Source of the DNA: Candidatus Latescibacterota bacterium
GTDB taxonomy: Bacteria > Latescibacterota > UBA2968 > GCA-2709665
DNA length: 64,000 nt
Assembly: GCA_965237675.1 (NCBI GenBank)
Contig: OZ250150.1
Coordinates: forward strand, 4,800,001-4,864,000
Direction: 5' to 3'
How positions within the stretch are numbered: the first letter of the stretch is position 1; every line of letters starts with the position of its first letter. The notes beneath the pieces were generated by a model. The model did no database searches. It was given only the letters and a program-made list of their open reading frames with translations, and was not told the DNA's origin. Shown here in pieces: positions 19,577-29,312 of this stretch. The translations under genes were made by a program, and so were the position numbers.

Positions 19577-20913
19577 TAAACCTCTCTCCAGGCATCGACC
19601 AGCCGTGCCAGGTCCGTTTCGGTCTTCGTTTCGGTCAGACAGGTCAGAACGCACCGGTCCAGTTCAGGGTAGAAGCGACCCAGATCTATGCCGCCGGCAA
19701 TGCCTTTTTTTCGTAACGCGCCAAGAACTTCCCGCGCCGGCCGGGTGGTTTCAACCACGAATTCATTAAACGCCGCCCCCGAAAACCTGAGCGAGAGCCC
19801 ATCGACCTCGGCAAGCGCCGCGGCCGCATCGTGGCTTCGGTTCCAGTTCAACCATCCGACTTCCCTCAACCCTTCCGGCCCCAGAGACGAGAGATAGACG
19901 GTTACGGCCGTGGCGCAGAGCGTCTGATTCGTACAGATATTCGAGGTTGCGCGTTCACGGCGAATATGCTGCTCACGCGTCTGCAACGTCATCACAAACC
20001 CGCGCCTTCCCTCCGCGTCGGTGGTCTGCCCGACGACCCGTCCCGGCATCCGGCGGATGTGCTCCTGGCGCGTGGCGAACATCCCCACGTAGGGACCGCC
20101 GTAGGATAGCGGCAACCCCAGAGGCTGGCCGTCGCCGACGACAATATCGGCCCCGAAGTCTCCCGGAGGCCGGATCACCCCCAGAGAAATCGGATTCACA
20201 GCGGCGACGTACGCCGCCCTGCGATTCTGTGCCAAGCCTCCCAGTGCTTCCAGTGGCTCAAGCAAGCCCAGGAAATTCGGATTCTGCACCACCACCGCCG
20301 CAGTGTCGTCGTTCAGATTCGCATCCACCCAATCCAGGTCGACTGTGCCAGCATCCGTCCAGGGAATTTCCACCAGTTCCAGTCCGATACCCCGAACATA
20401 GGTCTCTACCACGCGCCGGTAGAACGGGTGCAGGCTGCGCGGAAGGAGCACGCGGGATCCGCCGTTTATCCGCACCGCCATCAACACAGCCTCCGCAAGC
20501 GCGGACGCGCCGTCGTACATGGAGGCGTTGGCCACCTCCATGCCGGTCAACTCACAGACCATTGTCTGAAACTCGTAAATGGCCCGTAATGTACCCTGGC
20601 TCACCTCCGCCTGATACGGCGTATATGCCGTATAGAACTCGCTGCGCGAAATCATCGCATCGACAACGCTGGGTGTGAAATGCTCGTAAGCCCCGCCACC
20701 CACAAAGGACAGCTCAGGCGCTTGCTCCCGAGCCGATCGGCCAAGTTCCTGAACCAGCCCGAGCGCCTCCATCTCGCTGATTCCGCGTGGCAGATCCAGC
20801 GAGTTCAGGCGGAGGGATTCCGGCACCGGTTCAAACAACGCCTCCGTTGAATCGATCCCGATCGTGTCCAGCATCTTTCGAATATCTCGATCCGTATGTG
20901 GTGTATAATTCAC
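19576..20913 (-). CDS. gcvPA: Glycine dehydrogenase (decarboxylating) subunit 1
   Basis: EFYTAYTPYQAEVSQG, NASMYDG and REQHIRRERATSNICTNQ motifs. Confidence 0.96.
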   Translation of the reverse strand: MNYTPHTDRDIRKMLDTIGIDSTEALFEPVPESLRLNSLDLPRGISEMEALGLVQELGRSAREQAPELSFVGGGAYEHFTPSVVDAMISRSEFYTAYTPYQAEVSQGTLRAIYEFQTMVCELTGMEVANASMYDGASALAEAVLMAVRINGGSRVLLPRSLHPFYRRVVETYVRGIGLELVEIPWTDAGTVDLDWVDANLNDDTAAVVVQNPNFLGLLEPLEALGGLAQNRRAAYVAAVNPISLGVIRPPGDFGADIVVGDGQPLGLPLSYGGPYVGMFATRQEHIRRMPGRVVGQTTDAEGRRGFVMTLQTREQHIRRERATSNICTNQTLCATAVTVYLSSLGPEGLREVGWLNWNRSHDAAAALAEVDGLSLRFSGAAFNEFVVETTRPAREVLGALRKKGIAGGIDLGRFYPELDRCVLTCLTETKTETDLARLVDAWREV

Positions 20914-20950
20914 GAACAAAACCCTGAAATTTGCAACGGTGGACAGGTGT

Positions 20951-21673
20951 CTATTTCTTCAAATACGTATATTCCAGGCGATCCTTCGGGTGCCAATCCA
21001 GAATGCGCTTTGCCTTCTCGTTTAAAAACTGCCCGTGCGGCCGATCCCCGAAAATATTGAAGACCTCGCACCGCGACGGCAATGGGTCCAGTTCAATGGT
21101 CAACCCGGGCAGGAACGCGGCGGCCGCGTCACGCCAGGATACGAGAAACGACCAGTCCCGAGCGGGCCCGGACGACGCGTCGTGATCCCGGAAAATACAG
21201 AACAGGTAACACAACACGTAAACGTCGCAATGCAACGTAAAGATCCGACAAATTTCCTGGCCCAATCCCTTCGAGAGCGCATATAGATTCGTACTGGGTT
21301 TCGGCGGAACATCGGGGCCGATGCCATAGTCCCAAGCGACGTAGGGTTCCCCCTGCACGGTAAAGTGCGGACCCGTATTTATAATCCGACGGATCCCATG
21401 TCTGACCGCTGCACGCATGATATTGTAACAACCCAGCGTGTTGACATCGAATGCGATCTTCCGATGCGGCCGCAAAACGGAAAGGTTGATAATCGCATCC
21501 ATCCCTTCGGCCGCGCGCATGACGGCCTCCGGATCCGCCACATCCACGGGCATCGTTTCATGGGGCGTTTCGAACGGCTCGAGGTCCGTTATCCGGAGCG
21601 AGACGTGCCCCTCCAGGGCCTTCACCACGTGCGGCCCCAACATCCCGTTGCCGCCGTAAATCACGACTTTCAT
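20951..21673 (-). CDS. NAD-dependent epimerase/dehydratase (extended SDR), paralog 1
   Basis: YGGNGMLG and YALSK motifs. Confidence 0.88.
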   Translation of the reverse strand: MKVVIYGGNGMLGPHVVKALEGHVSLRITDLEPFETPHETMPVDVADPEAVMRAAEGMDAIINLSVLRPHRKIAFDVNTLGCYNIMRAAVRHGIRRIINTGPHFTVQGEPYVAWDYGIGPDVPPKPSTNLYALSKGLGQEICRIFTLHCDVYVLCYLFCIFRDHDASSGPARDWSFLVSWRDAAAAFLPGLTIELDPLPSRCEVFNIFGDRPHGQFLNEKAKRILDWHPKDRLEYTYLKK

Positions 21674-21701
21674 ATCGATCTCCAGCGTTGGTCAGATTTG
21701 A

Positions 21702-22430
21702 CTACCTGAGTTTTTTCATGTACGTATATTCCAGTCCATCCCTCGGCTGCCACCCCAGGACCCGCTTGGCCTTCGCGTTCGTAAAGTGCCCGTGCGGCCG
21801 GTCGCCGAGAATATTGAATACCTCGCATCTTGACGGCAGACGCTCCAGTGGAATTTTCAATCCGGGGAGGAACGCTTCAGCGGCATCCCGCCACGTCACA
21901 ATAAAAGACCGGTCGTGAACAGGTTGAGAGGATGGGTCGTGATCGCGAAAACTCCAGAACAGGTAACACAGCACGTACACGTCGAAGTTCGAGGTGAAGA
22001 TCCGGCAGATTTCCTGGCCCAATCCCTTGGACAGCGTATACAGATTCGTTCCGGGCCTGGGGGGCACGTCCGGACCGATGTGATAGTCCCAGTCCACGTA
22101 GGGGTCGCCCTGTACGGTAAAGTACGGCCCCGTGTTGATGACGCGCCGGATCCCGTTCCTAACGGCCGCGCGCATCACGTTGTAGCATCCCAGGGTATTC
22201 ACGTCGAACGCGATTTTTCGATGCGGCCGCAAAACGGACAGGTTGATGATCGCATCCATCCCTACGGCCGCGCGCATAACGGCCTCGGGGTCCGCCACGT
22301 CCACGGGCATCATTTCGTGGTGCGTTTCAAACGGCTCCAGATCCGTGATCCGCAGGGACACGCGCCCTTCCAGCGCCCTTACGACGTGCGGCCCCAGCAT
22401 CCCGTTGCCGCCGTAAATTACGACTTTCAT
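21702..22430 (-). CDS. NAD-dependent epimerase/dehydratase, paralog 2
   Basis: Close paralog of 20951-21673 with YTLSK motif; RBS GGAGG. Confidence 0.88.
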   Translation of the reverse strand: MKVVIYGGNGMLGPHVVRALEGRVSLRITDLEPFETHHEMMPVDVADPEAVMRAAVGMDAIINLSVLRPHRKIAFDVNTLGCYNVMRAAVRNGIRRVINTGPYFTVQGDPYVDWDYHIGPDVPPRPGTNLYTLSKGLGQEICRIFTSNFDVYVLCYLFWSFRDHDPSSQPVHDRSFIVTWRDAAEAFLPGLKIPLERLPSRCEVFNILGDRPHGHFTNAKAKRVLGWQPRDGLEYTYMKKLR

Positions 22431-22462
22431 ATCCGCCTCCAGCGTCACGCGGAGCTGACGAT

Positions 22463-23107
22463 TCAGATATCGAGGGCTTTCCTGGCCTGGTCGATGGGAA
22501 ACCTCGCGTTTTCGACCTCCGACTGCACGTGCAGCACCCGCCACATCGGCCCTTCTTTCGTCAGTGCCGATGCGATGGCCCTGACCGCGTCCTTCACCGA
22601 CAACGCAGTGTCTCCGTCGCCGCTGACTTCGCCGAGTCGCAAACACGTTACGCGCACCGAGTGCTCCCGCGCAAACTCACGGCAGGTGAATTCACCCAGG
22701 TACCTCGCCATGGGCGCGGCATCCGTTGACGGCCGCGGCGCCCACTGCTCGGTCACGTTCCAATTCGGATCACATGTCGCAAACAGGCTCAGAGAGCTGA
22801 TGTAGACGACGTGGCCGACCTTCTTCTCCCGGGCGGCATGCAACAGGTTATACGCGCACCTCGTCTGAAAGTCGATTTCGCGTTCGTCGCTCTTCAATCC
22901 TTCGGGCAACTCCGCGAGATGCACGATCGTATCCATCCCATCCACCAGGGATTCCGTCTCTCCATCGTGGCCCAATTCACACTGAAGAAAGGCGAGATCC
23001 GTCGACACGTCCACGACGTCCGTCAACGTCACGTCGTGTTCCCGCGACAGGTCCGCCGCCAATGCCTGAGCCAGCGTTGACCCACCTGAAGTAATCAGTA
23101 CTTTCAT
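22463..23107 (-). CDS. Atypical NAD(P)-binding epimerase/SDR-like protein
   Basis: MKVLITSGGS, TIVHLA and YISS motifs; no YxxxK. Confidence 0.8.
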   Translation of the reverse strand: MKVLITSGGSTLAQALAADLSREHDVTLTDVVDVSTDLAFLQCELGHDGETESLVDGMDTIVHLAELPEGLKSDEREIDFQTRCAYNLLHAAREKKVGHVVYISSLSLFATCDPNWNVTEQWAPRPSTDAAPMARYLGEFTCREFAREHSVRVTCLRLGEVSGDGDTALSVKDAVRAIASALTKEGPMWRVLHVQSEVENARFPIDQARKALDI

Positions 23108-23304
23108 AAATCGCTCTCCTGTATTGGGAAGTACGATTGCCGGTCCACCCGCACTCTACCCACATACAAATCGCCGAACGAATCCAGCGGAATATCGCGC
23201 GGGCAGATATCGAAGTGATCGAAAGCCGGCAAGCACCGCATCTGGCAAATCCGGGAAACGGCTCATGGACCATCCGATTCGTCGGCTGGATATTTGCTGT
23301 CGAA

Positions 23305-23628
23305 TTAAACGGCAACGACGCGTTGTTTTCCCGCGCCACTTTCTGACGGAATAATACGGATTTCTATATCTCGATTCAGGCGGGTAAGAAATGTCATCAA
23401 TCGCTCAACGCTGTAATGATTGAACTTGCCCTTCTTTAAACGGGATATTTCCGGTTGCTTCACTCCTAAAACGTCTGCTGCCTCCGCCTGGGTGAGCTTT
23501 CGTTTACCGATAATTTGAAACACTTCAAAACCAAGTGTTGCCTTGAGGAACAATTCATCCGCATCTGGTAGGTCCAGATCTTCAAACACGTTACCTGAGC
23601 TCTTTTCGATTTCAACCCTGTCGCTCAT
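23305..23628 (-). CDS. XRE-family HTH antitoxin (HigA-like)
   Basis: SSGNVFEDL, LTQAEAADVLGVKQPEISRL and YSVERL motifs. Confidence 0.88.
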   Translation of the reverse strand: MSDRVEIEKSSGNVFEDLDLPDADELFLKATLGFEVFQIIGKRKLTQAEAADVLGVKQPEISRLKKGKFNHYSVERLMTFLTRLNRDIEIRIIPSESGAGKQRVVAV

Positions 23629-23986
23629 AGTTCGCCTCCAGTTCCTGCGCTATTCTCATACGTCGCCTGATAAGATCGACCTCTTTCCTGGGAGTCTTAT
23701 TTCCGCGCGTTGATTTTTTCTGAAAACAATGTAGTACATAAACCCTCGCTCCAATTTTCACTGCGTAGACCGCGCGATAAGTGTCCGTTCTGTGTTTCGC
23801 CCGTATCTCGAAAACTCCTGAGCCGACGCCCCTTAATGGTTTGGCTTCGGGGGACATGCTTCCCGCCTGCGCAAAAAACAGAGCGTCACCGATATCCTTC
23901 TGAACCGGCGTCGGAAATTCTTTCAGTTTTGTCTTGGAATCCCCTAGCCACAAGACTACTCTTAAATTTCCTCGCGCCCGAAACAT
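23612..23986 (-). CDS. RelE/ParE (HigB/Gp49-like) type II toxin
   Basis: LKEFP, KPLRGVGSGVFEIR, YRAVY and YVLHCFQKKS motifs. Confidence 0.9.
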   Translation of the reverse strand: MFRARGNLRVVLWLGDSKTKLKEFPTPVQKDIGDALFFAQAGSMSPEAKPLRGVGSGVFEIRAKHRTDTYRAVYAVKIGARVYVLHCFQKKSTRGNKTPRKEVDLIRRRMRIAQELEANYERQG

Positions 23987-23991
23987 CAAAT

Positions 23992-24020
23992 ATTATAACC
24001 AACTGGCTATAAATTGTCAA
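23992..24020 (-). promoter_or_regulatory. Consensus sigma70 promoter of the TA operon with overlapping palindromic operator
   Basis: TTGACA-17 nt-TATAAT on the minus strand, plus palindrome TTATAACCAACTGGCTATAA at 23993-24012. Confidence 0.8.
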
Positions 24021-24121
24021 GAGTTTCGATAAAAACAGCGCCCGACAAGACCCTTCTTGTAGAGGCAGGATAGACACGATCAGATTAATAAGATCCGGAT
24101 GGTCGTTCAGGCATGGTTGGT

Positions 24122-24640
24122 TCACAGATATTGATAATACGTTACCTGGGGCTGCGCAATGTTGAATCCCACTTTCTCATAGGCCCGGCGGGCGGGCGCG
24201 TGGCCCTCGTCCAAACCCGTGCCCACGGCCGCAAACCGAAGGCCTTCGGACCGAAAACAGCGCAGGGCATACCGATACATGGCCGTACCTATCCCCTTTC
24301 CCTGTACTTCCGGGGCCACCGCGTTATTCGTGATTCTTCCCATCGATTTCCCGCGATCGATCCGATACGTCAGGAATGCAACCACCTTCCTTCTTTCCAT
24401 TGCCTCAACGACCCTGAACCACTCAGGGAACTGCTCCCAGTGCCGGCGAACCGCGGCTGTTTTCTCTTCCTCCCAATTCGCGCACAGTACTCCGTGCATC
24501 TCCTCTCCCAAAATTTGCGTTGAACTGTCGTGGATCCTTCGCCACGCCTCGCGCGCGATCTCGCCCACCCGATCCATATCCTCCGGAACCGCCTTTCGTA
24601 TTCGAAACCCCGGAGTGAGTTCAGATTCCGGCCGGCTCAT
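24122..24640 (-). CDS. GNAT family N-acetyltransferase
   Basis: NAVAPEVQGKGIG and APARRAYEKVGF motifs. Confidence 0.9.
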   Translation of the reverse strand: MSRPESELTPGFRIRKAVPEDMDRVGEIAREAWRRIHDSSTQILGEEMHGVLCANWEEEKTAAVRRHWEQFPEWFRVVEAMERRKVVAFLTYRIDRGKSMGRITNNAVAPEVQGKGIGTAMYRYALRCFRSEGLRFAAVGTGLDEGHAPARRAYEKVGFNIAQPQVTYYQYL

Positions 24641-24883
24641 CCAACCTCCTGATTTTTCCGATACGGCGGCAGGTTATTCCTCTGGTGATTGCAGGTCGAG
24701 CAAACCCGTTTCTGAAGCGAACAGCCGGATCGTCGCCGGTTCGGCTTGCTGTGGACGAACGCAAACCTGAGACGTAGGGCCGGGGGCGCCATTTCCATAA
24801 CACAAAGGCGTTGACTTTCGCCCTGAAGCCGATATCTTGAAATTTCACCCAACAACCAGCCAGGCACGAGAGGAGCGCCACGG

Positions 24884-25648
24884 ATGAAGCTTGGAATCGT
24901 CACCTACCAGATCGCCAAAGACTGGGATGTCCCCACACTGATCGACATGTGCCAAACCACGGGGATTCAGGGCGTTGAATTGCGCACCACACACGCCCAT
25001 GGTGTGGAAATCGACCTTTCGCAGGCTAGGCGCAGCGCTGTAAGACGTCGGTTCGAAGACGCGGGAATTGAAATTGTTGGCCTCGGAAGCGTATGCGAAT
25101 ACCATGCACCGGACGCGGAAACGGTGCGTCAGAACATCGACGGGACCGTTGAAACCGCGAAACTCGCTGCGGATCTGGGTTGTCCAGGCGTGAAGGTGCG
25201 TCCCAACGGGCTGCAGACGGACAAAGGTATTCCGGAAGAAAAGACCCTCGAGCAGATCGGGCTCGCCTTAAGGGAATGTGGTAAAGCCGCAGCCGGCCTG
25301 GGCGTCCAGATTCGCGTGGAGGTCCACGGCCGGGATACCTGCGAACCCCGCCGCATGCGCGCCATTGTGGACCATGCCGACCACGACAACGTCTATGTCT
25401 GCTGGAACTCGAACCCCCAAGACGTCGTCGACGGCTCGGTCAAAGCGAGTTTCGACCTGCTGAAACACAAAATCGGGCTTGTGCACATCAATGAATTGGC
25501 CAAATCCGAATACCCCTGGCGGGAACTCTTCGGCCTCCTGAAGGACGAAGGGTACGAGGGTTACACGCTTGCCGAAATCCCCGCCAGCCCGGAACCCGAG
25601 CGCCTGTTGCGCTACTACAGGGCGCTCTGGCAGGCGCTAATGGCTTAA
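24884..25648 (+). CDS. Sugar phosphate isomerase/epimerase (xylose isomerase-like TIM barrel)
   Basis: GVELR, RVEVHG, VHINE and YTLAE motifs. Confidence 0.87.
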   Translation: MKLGIVTYQIAKDWDVPTLIDMCQTTGIQGVELRTTHAHGVEIDLSQARRSAVRRRFEDAGIEIVGLGSVCEYHAPDAETVRQNIDGTVETAKLAADLGCPGVKVRPNGLQTDKGIPEEKTLEQIGLALRECGKAAAGLGVQIRVEVHGRDTCEPRRMRAIVDHADHDNVYVCWNSNPQDVVDGSVKASFDLLKHKIGLVHINELAKSEYPWRELFGLLKDEGYEGYTLAEIPASPEPERLLRYYRALWQALMA

Positions 25649-25716
25649 TCCGATGCGCAGCCGCGAGCAGCACGTCAACGCCGCGGCCCGTGCTTTCCCG
25701 CCAGTCGGCGTCTTCT

Positions 25717-27621
25717 TTACAGACCGGGCACCCGGAAGCTCCAGACCTCGGAACTATGGGTGAAATAGAGCCGGCCTTTGTGTATTACAATTCCCGCATT
25801 CGCGTTCACCGGGGGCTTCCCCAGCAGGCTGTGTTCGAACGAGCCCGGCTCAATACCAACGATCGCGTTACGAAACAGCGCATAGATCTTATCGTCAGGT
25901 CCCGTCGCCAGGATCCTGGGGGCCTGTTGGCCCGCCAGTTCGCCGTAAGGCAGGTTCTCCTCGCTGTGAACGACCGTCCACGATTCGGGATCGAACACGA
26001 AGAAAGTGGACCCCGAGGCAAGGCCATAGATCAACCCGTCCGGCCCCAGAACCATATCCCGAATTTCCGTGGCGCCAGGCACCACGGCATCCCGAAATAG
26101 CACGCGTTTTTCATCCAGATCCAGGACGTACAACTCGGCCTGCTTCGCCTGCGCCTCTCCTCCCGTACCCGGGCTGATCGTCGTGCCCCCCACAATTTTA
26201 CCGTCGGGCAACGCCACCAGCGATACCGTGCTGTGCGCAGGAAGCAGTTCCTCATGTGTCAGCAGCGTGTGGCTGTCCGTTTCTGTATCCCATATCAGCA
26301 TCCCCCCACCCGTCAATCCATAACCCGGCGTGCCCGTCATGACCAACCGCCGACCGTCCGGATGCGCCAGGAGCGCGTGCGGGCGGATAATTGTCGGACT
26401 CACGGAAACCAATTCGCGGGGGTTCGGATCCGCCGTTGCCTGATCGTCCCACGGCCGAAACGGATCGTATTCCCAGAGCCTGCCGCCCGAATATTCCCCG
26501 CAATAGACCTTATCGCCCTGCACCGCAAGCGCGTTCAGATGTCCGCTCAGATCCCAGAGACCCCGGTGAATGAACGTGTCCGCCTTTACATCGTACGTAT
26601 AGAACCGTAGCGGATGCCCGGTCGAACCGTGAATTTTGCCATCCGGACCTTCCGCGATCGACAGAATGTGTGATCCGGCCGATTCGTAGTCGATATCCAA
26701 CCGCCTGACCGTTCCCCCCTCCCTGATCTCGACGAATTTCTCAGGCAGGTTGATCGTTTCCAACGCCCAGCCCTTCGGGAAATTGTCCAGAATCGCCTCC
26801 TGGCTTCCGGCCAGAATCGGCTGCTCGCCGGCTGGAGCGTCCACGGGGGTCACCACCCCTTCGAACAGTGCCCACCAGGGTCCTTCATGGAAGGGCTTTC
26901 CGTACACCTTTCCGTCTGTCCCCCGGTAGACCGTGGATGCGCCGTGCTGACGTTCCAACTCCGGAATCAACGTGGCGCGCTCCCTGCTTTTCGGATTAAA
27001 CGCCACGATCTGTCCGCGCGTTGCGCCGATGCCCGTGTAAACCCATCCTGCGGAGTCCACCGCGATTGTTCGGGGATACTGCGGCCATTTCTCATGGTTG
27101 AGCGGACCGTAATTCGTGAGTTCACCTGAATCCGGCACGAAGCTCAGCAATTCACAGTTGGGATAAGCGGACGTCCAGACCACGCCGCGATCGTCCTCCG
27201 TAAACGACATGGCGAAATTCGGCGGCGCGTCGGACCAGAACGTGAAGCGACGTGATTCGGCGTCGAACTCCACGAACTTGTCGAAATAGGAATAGAACCG
27301 GTTCCGCGTGGAAAGCAGCACCGCAAACGGTGTGGAGGCCATCCCGAACGGGGTCGGGATCTGATCCACCTTGCCCGATAGGGCATCGATCACAAGAATC
27401 GACCCGCAGCCCCGGTGGTCCATCGGCCACGCCAGAACAATCGGTCGCCCGTCTCCGTCGACGGTTGCCGCCACGCCCCTCGCGCGGGACACGGGCGCCG
27501 CAACGCCATGACGCACGAAACCTTGCCCCTCATCGCCAGTTCCGGCCCCGGCGTGCCCCGGCACTGCCAGCAGAATGGCCGAAAACATAATAACCAATAA
27601 CACGAATAGTACGACGCCCAT
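25717..27621 (-). CDS. Secreted beta-propeller repeat protein
   Basis: Signal peptide and repeated xGPDGxIY/G blade motifs. Confidence 0.75.
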   Translation of the reverse strand: MGVVLFVLLVIMFSAILLAVPGHAGAGTGDEGQGFVRHGVAAPVSRARGVAATVDGDGRPIVLAWPMDHRGCGSILVIDALSGKVDQIPTPFGMASTPFAVLLSTRNRFYSYFDKFVEFDAESRRFTFWSDAPPNFAMSFTEDDRGVVWTSAYPNCELLSFVPDSGELTNYGPLNHEKWPQYPRTIAVDSAGWVYTGIGATRGQIVAFNPKSRERATLIPELERQHGASTVYRGTDGKVYGKPFHEGPWWALFEGVVTPVDAPAGEQPILAGSQEAILDNFPKGWALETINLPEKFVEIREGGTVRRLDIDYESAGSHILSIAEGPDGKIHGSTGHPLRFYTYDVKADTFIHRGLWDLSGHLNALAVQGDKVYCGEYSGGRLWEYDPFRPWDDQATADPNPRELVSVSPTIIRPHALLAHPDGRRLVMTGTPGYGLTGGGMLIWDTETDSHTLLTHEELLPAHSTVSLVALPDGKIVGGTTISPGTGGEAQAKQAELYVLDLDEKRVLFRDAVVPGATEIRDMVLGPDGLIYGLASGSTFFVFDPESWTVVHSEENLPYGELAGQQAPRILATGPDDKIYALFRNAIVGIEPGSFEHSLLGKPPVNANAGIVIHKGRLYFTHSSEVWSFRVPGL

Positions 27622-27649
27622 GTGCCAGCATCCTCCATATCCAGGTCTC

Positions 27650-27866
27650 ATCCACCACCAGCGTCGAGCCCGTCAATCGGACTGCCGCCTGATCAGCCAC
27701 GGACCGCCTGGTTCTTGTTGCCATCACCCATCCAGAATACCAACCACCGCCGCCTCCAGTTCAATCGCGTCCCGCTCGGCGGGGGCGCCCACGTGCACAA
27801 TCACCTTACCGCGTCCGGCGGACTTACAATTGCGGGATAGATCCCATCGAAGCCGCCGTTCGCCAT
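27650..27866 (-). pseudogene. Collapsed DapA/NanA-family gene (27724-27866) followed by collapsed SDR remnant
   Basis: MANGGFDGIYPAIVSP / AGRGKVIVHVGAPAERDAIEL / EAAVVGILDG*, then MATRTRRSVADQAAVR-LTGSTLVVD. Confidence 0.6.
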
Positions 27867-28218
27867 CCATCCTCCTCAGCCGAAACCGGTTTCACATACG
27901 AATCGAAGCTCAAATATGCCGAGGCCGACCCGGAAAGTCAAGCGCATGCGCGGGCACCCCAGGAAGTTCCGGCGGGTTACCGCGCGGATGCCGGATGACA
28001 CGTGAAAAAAGCCGACCTGTGTTCAGATCGGATAGAGAAGAGGGCTCAGGTGTATCTTTGAATATTGGATACATTTCAGACAGTGACATTTACGTGACGC
28101 CGGAACCGTTGTCTCTTTGAGTTTATTACGAGGAGCGGAAATAGTTGACGGTTTTTTCCTCTGCTACAAAGGAGGATGTAAACCATACGGTGTTCCCCGA
28201 ACCTGTGGCCCTTAGCCG

Positions 28219-28370
28219 CTCCCTGAGCCTGTCGAAGGGTCGGCGAAGGGCTGGCTAAGGGGACCGAACGGGTGTCGAAACCCGGGCACTTCGACAAGCT
28301 CGTTTCGACAGGCTCAACGCAAGCAATCACCACGTTTCGGCAGGCTCAACCACCGCTTCGACAAGATCAA
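28219..28370. repeat. Cluster of REP-like palindromes (CTGAGCxTGTCGAAG / TTCGACAAGCTCA)
   Basis: Homologous to 14497-14622; flanked by a GGAGGATGTAAA direct repeat at 28171 and 28381. Confidence 0.75.
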
Positions 28371-28454
28371 CTTCTGCAGCGGAGGATGTAAATTATAGGT
28401 TGCACCACGTAATATGTCATCACACTTCAAATCTGATCGCACGGTGACGCTCGA

Positions 28455-29030
28455 TCACAGATCCTTGTACCAGGTCAGTTCCACCTCGTCAAGGCCCTCG
28501 GCAAGGTAGGCGTAGAGATGGACCTTGCCGAGCGTGGCTCCCATACGCGCGTAGAAGCGGCATGCGGCGACGTTTATGTTCTGCGTTTCAATTTTCAATT
28601 GTGTGCAGCCCCGGTTCCTGGCGCAGGTTTCGTCGCGGTGAAAGAGCGCTTTGCCGACGCCCCGTCCTCGATATTCCGGGCTGACGCGAATGACCCACAG
28701 GCCGGCGAGGTCTTCGCGTCCTTCGCAGTAGCCCAGACCTTCGCTATGAAACGCGACAATCGCGCCGCCGATTCGCTCCTGCTCCCGGAATGCGCCCAGA
28801 AAGATCCAGTTCGACAGGTCCCACGATCTCCGGGTCCACCGCTCGGGACCATCGGGTTGGTCGTAGTCTTTCGTATACGGTGAATCCACGGTTTCTTCGA
28901 CCAGCCTGAATCCTCCCAGGCCATTGGCGACAGGTTCGACCCGAAAACGGCTTCTCACTTCGAAGGCAATGGGTACCTGTCCGTATTCCGACAGGACATC
29001 AATGGATTCTTCTTGAATGTGGAAGTCCAT
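28455..29030 (-). CDS. GNAT N-acetyltransferase (streptothricin acetyltransferase-like)
   Basis: IRVSPEYRGRGVG and IETQNINVAACRFYARMG motifs. Confidence 0.88.
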   Translation of the reverse strand: MDFHIQEESIDVLSEYGQVPIAFEVRSRFRVEPVANGLGGFRLVEETVDSPYTKDYDQPDGPERWTRRSWDLSNWIFLGAFREQERIGGAIVAFHSEGLGYCEGREDLAGLWVIRVSPEYRGRGVGKALFHRDETCARNRGCTQLKIETQNINVAACRFYARMGATLGKVHLYAYLAEGLDEVELTWYKDL

Positions 29031-29312
29031 TAGTGTTTCCGTCTCCTCGATCGCCCGCCTTAAACCGCCTCGCGGACGCGTTCCGTCAGGGCGCTACCGT
29101 TTAGTTTAGCCCATTTCGAAAAACCATCAAGCACTAAGTGGGTCAGACAAGCGTTTCATTGGCTATCGTTCCGGAGCACCCTGGACGAAAAAACGGAATA
29201 TCGGGTCAATAAACTCGATCATACATAACCTGTTAATTTCATTGCATTTTCTGAGTTCTTTGTCTATTTTCCGTCTTGCATTTTCGCACGAAATATCAAG
29301 GCATTCCTAATT

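Noticed and set aside
24637-24903. Short ORFs between the GNAT and TIM-barrel genes; likewise 7900-8090
   Set aside because: Possibly further collapsed remnants, but no identifiable motif.
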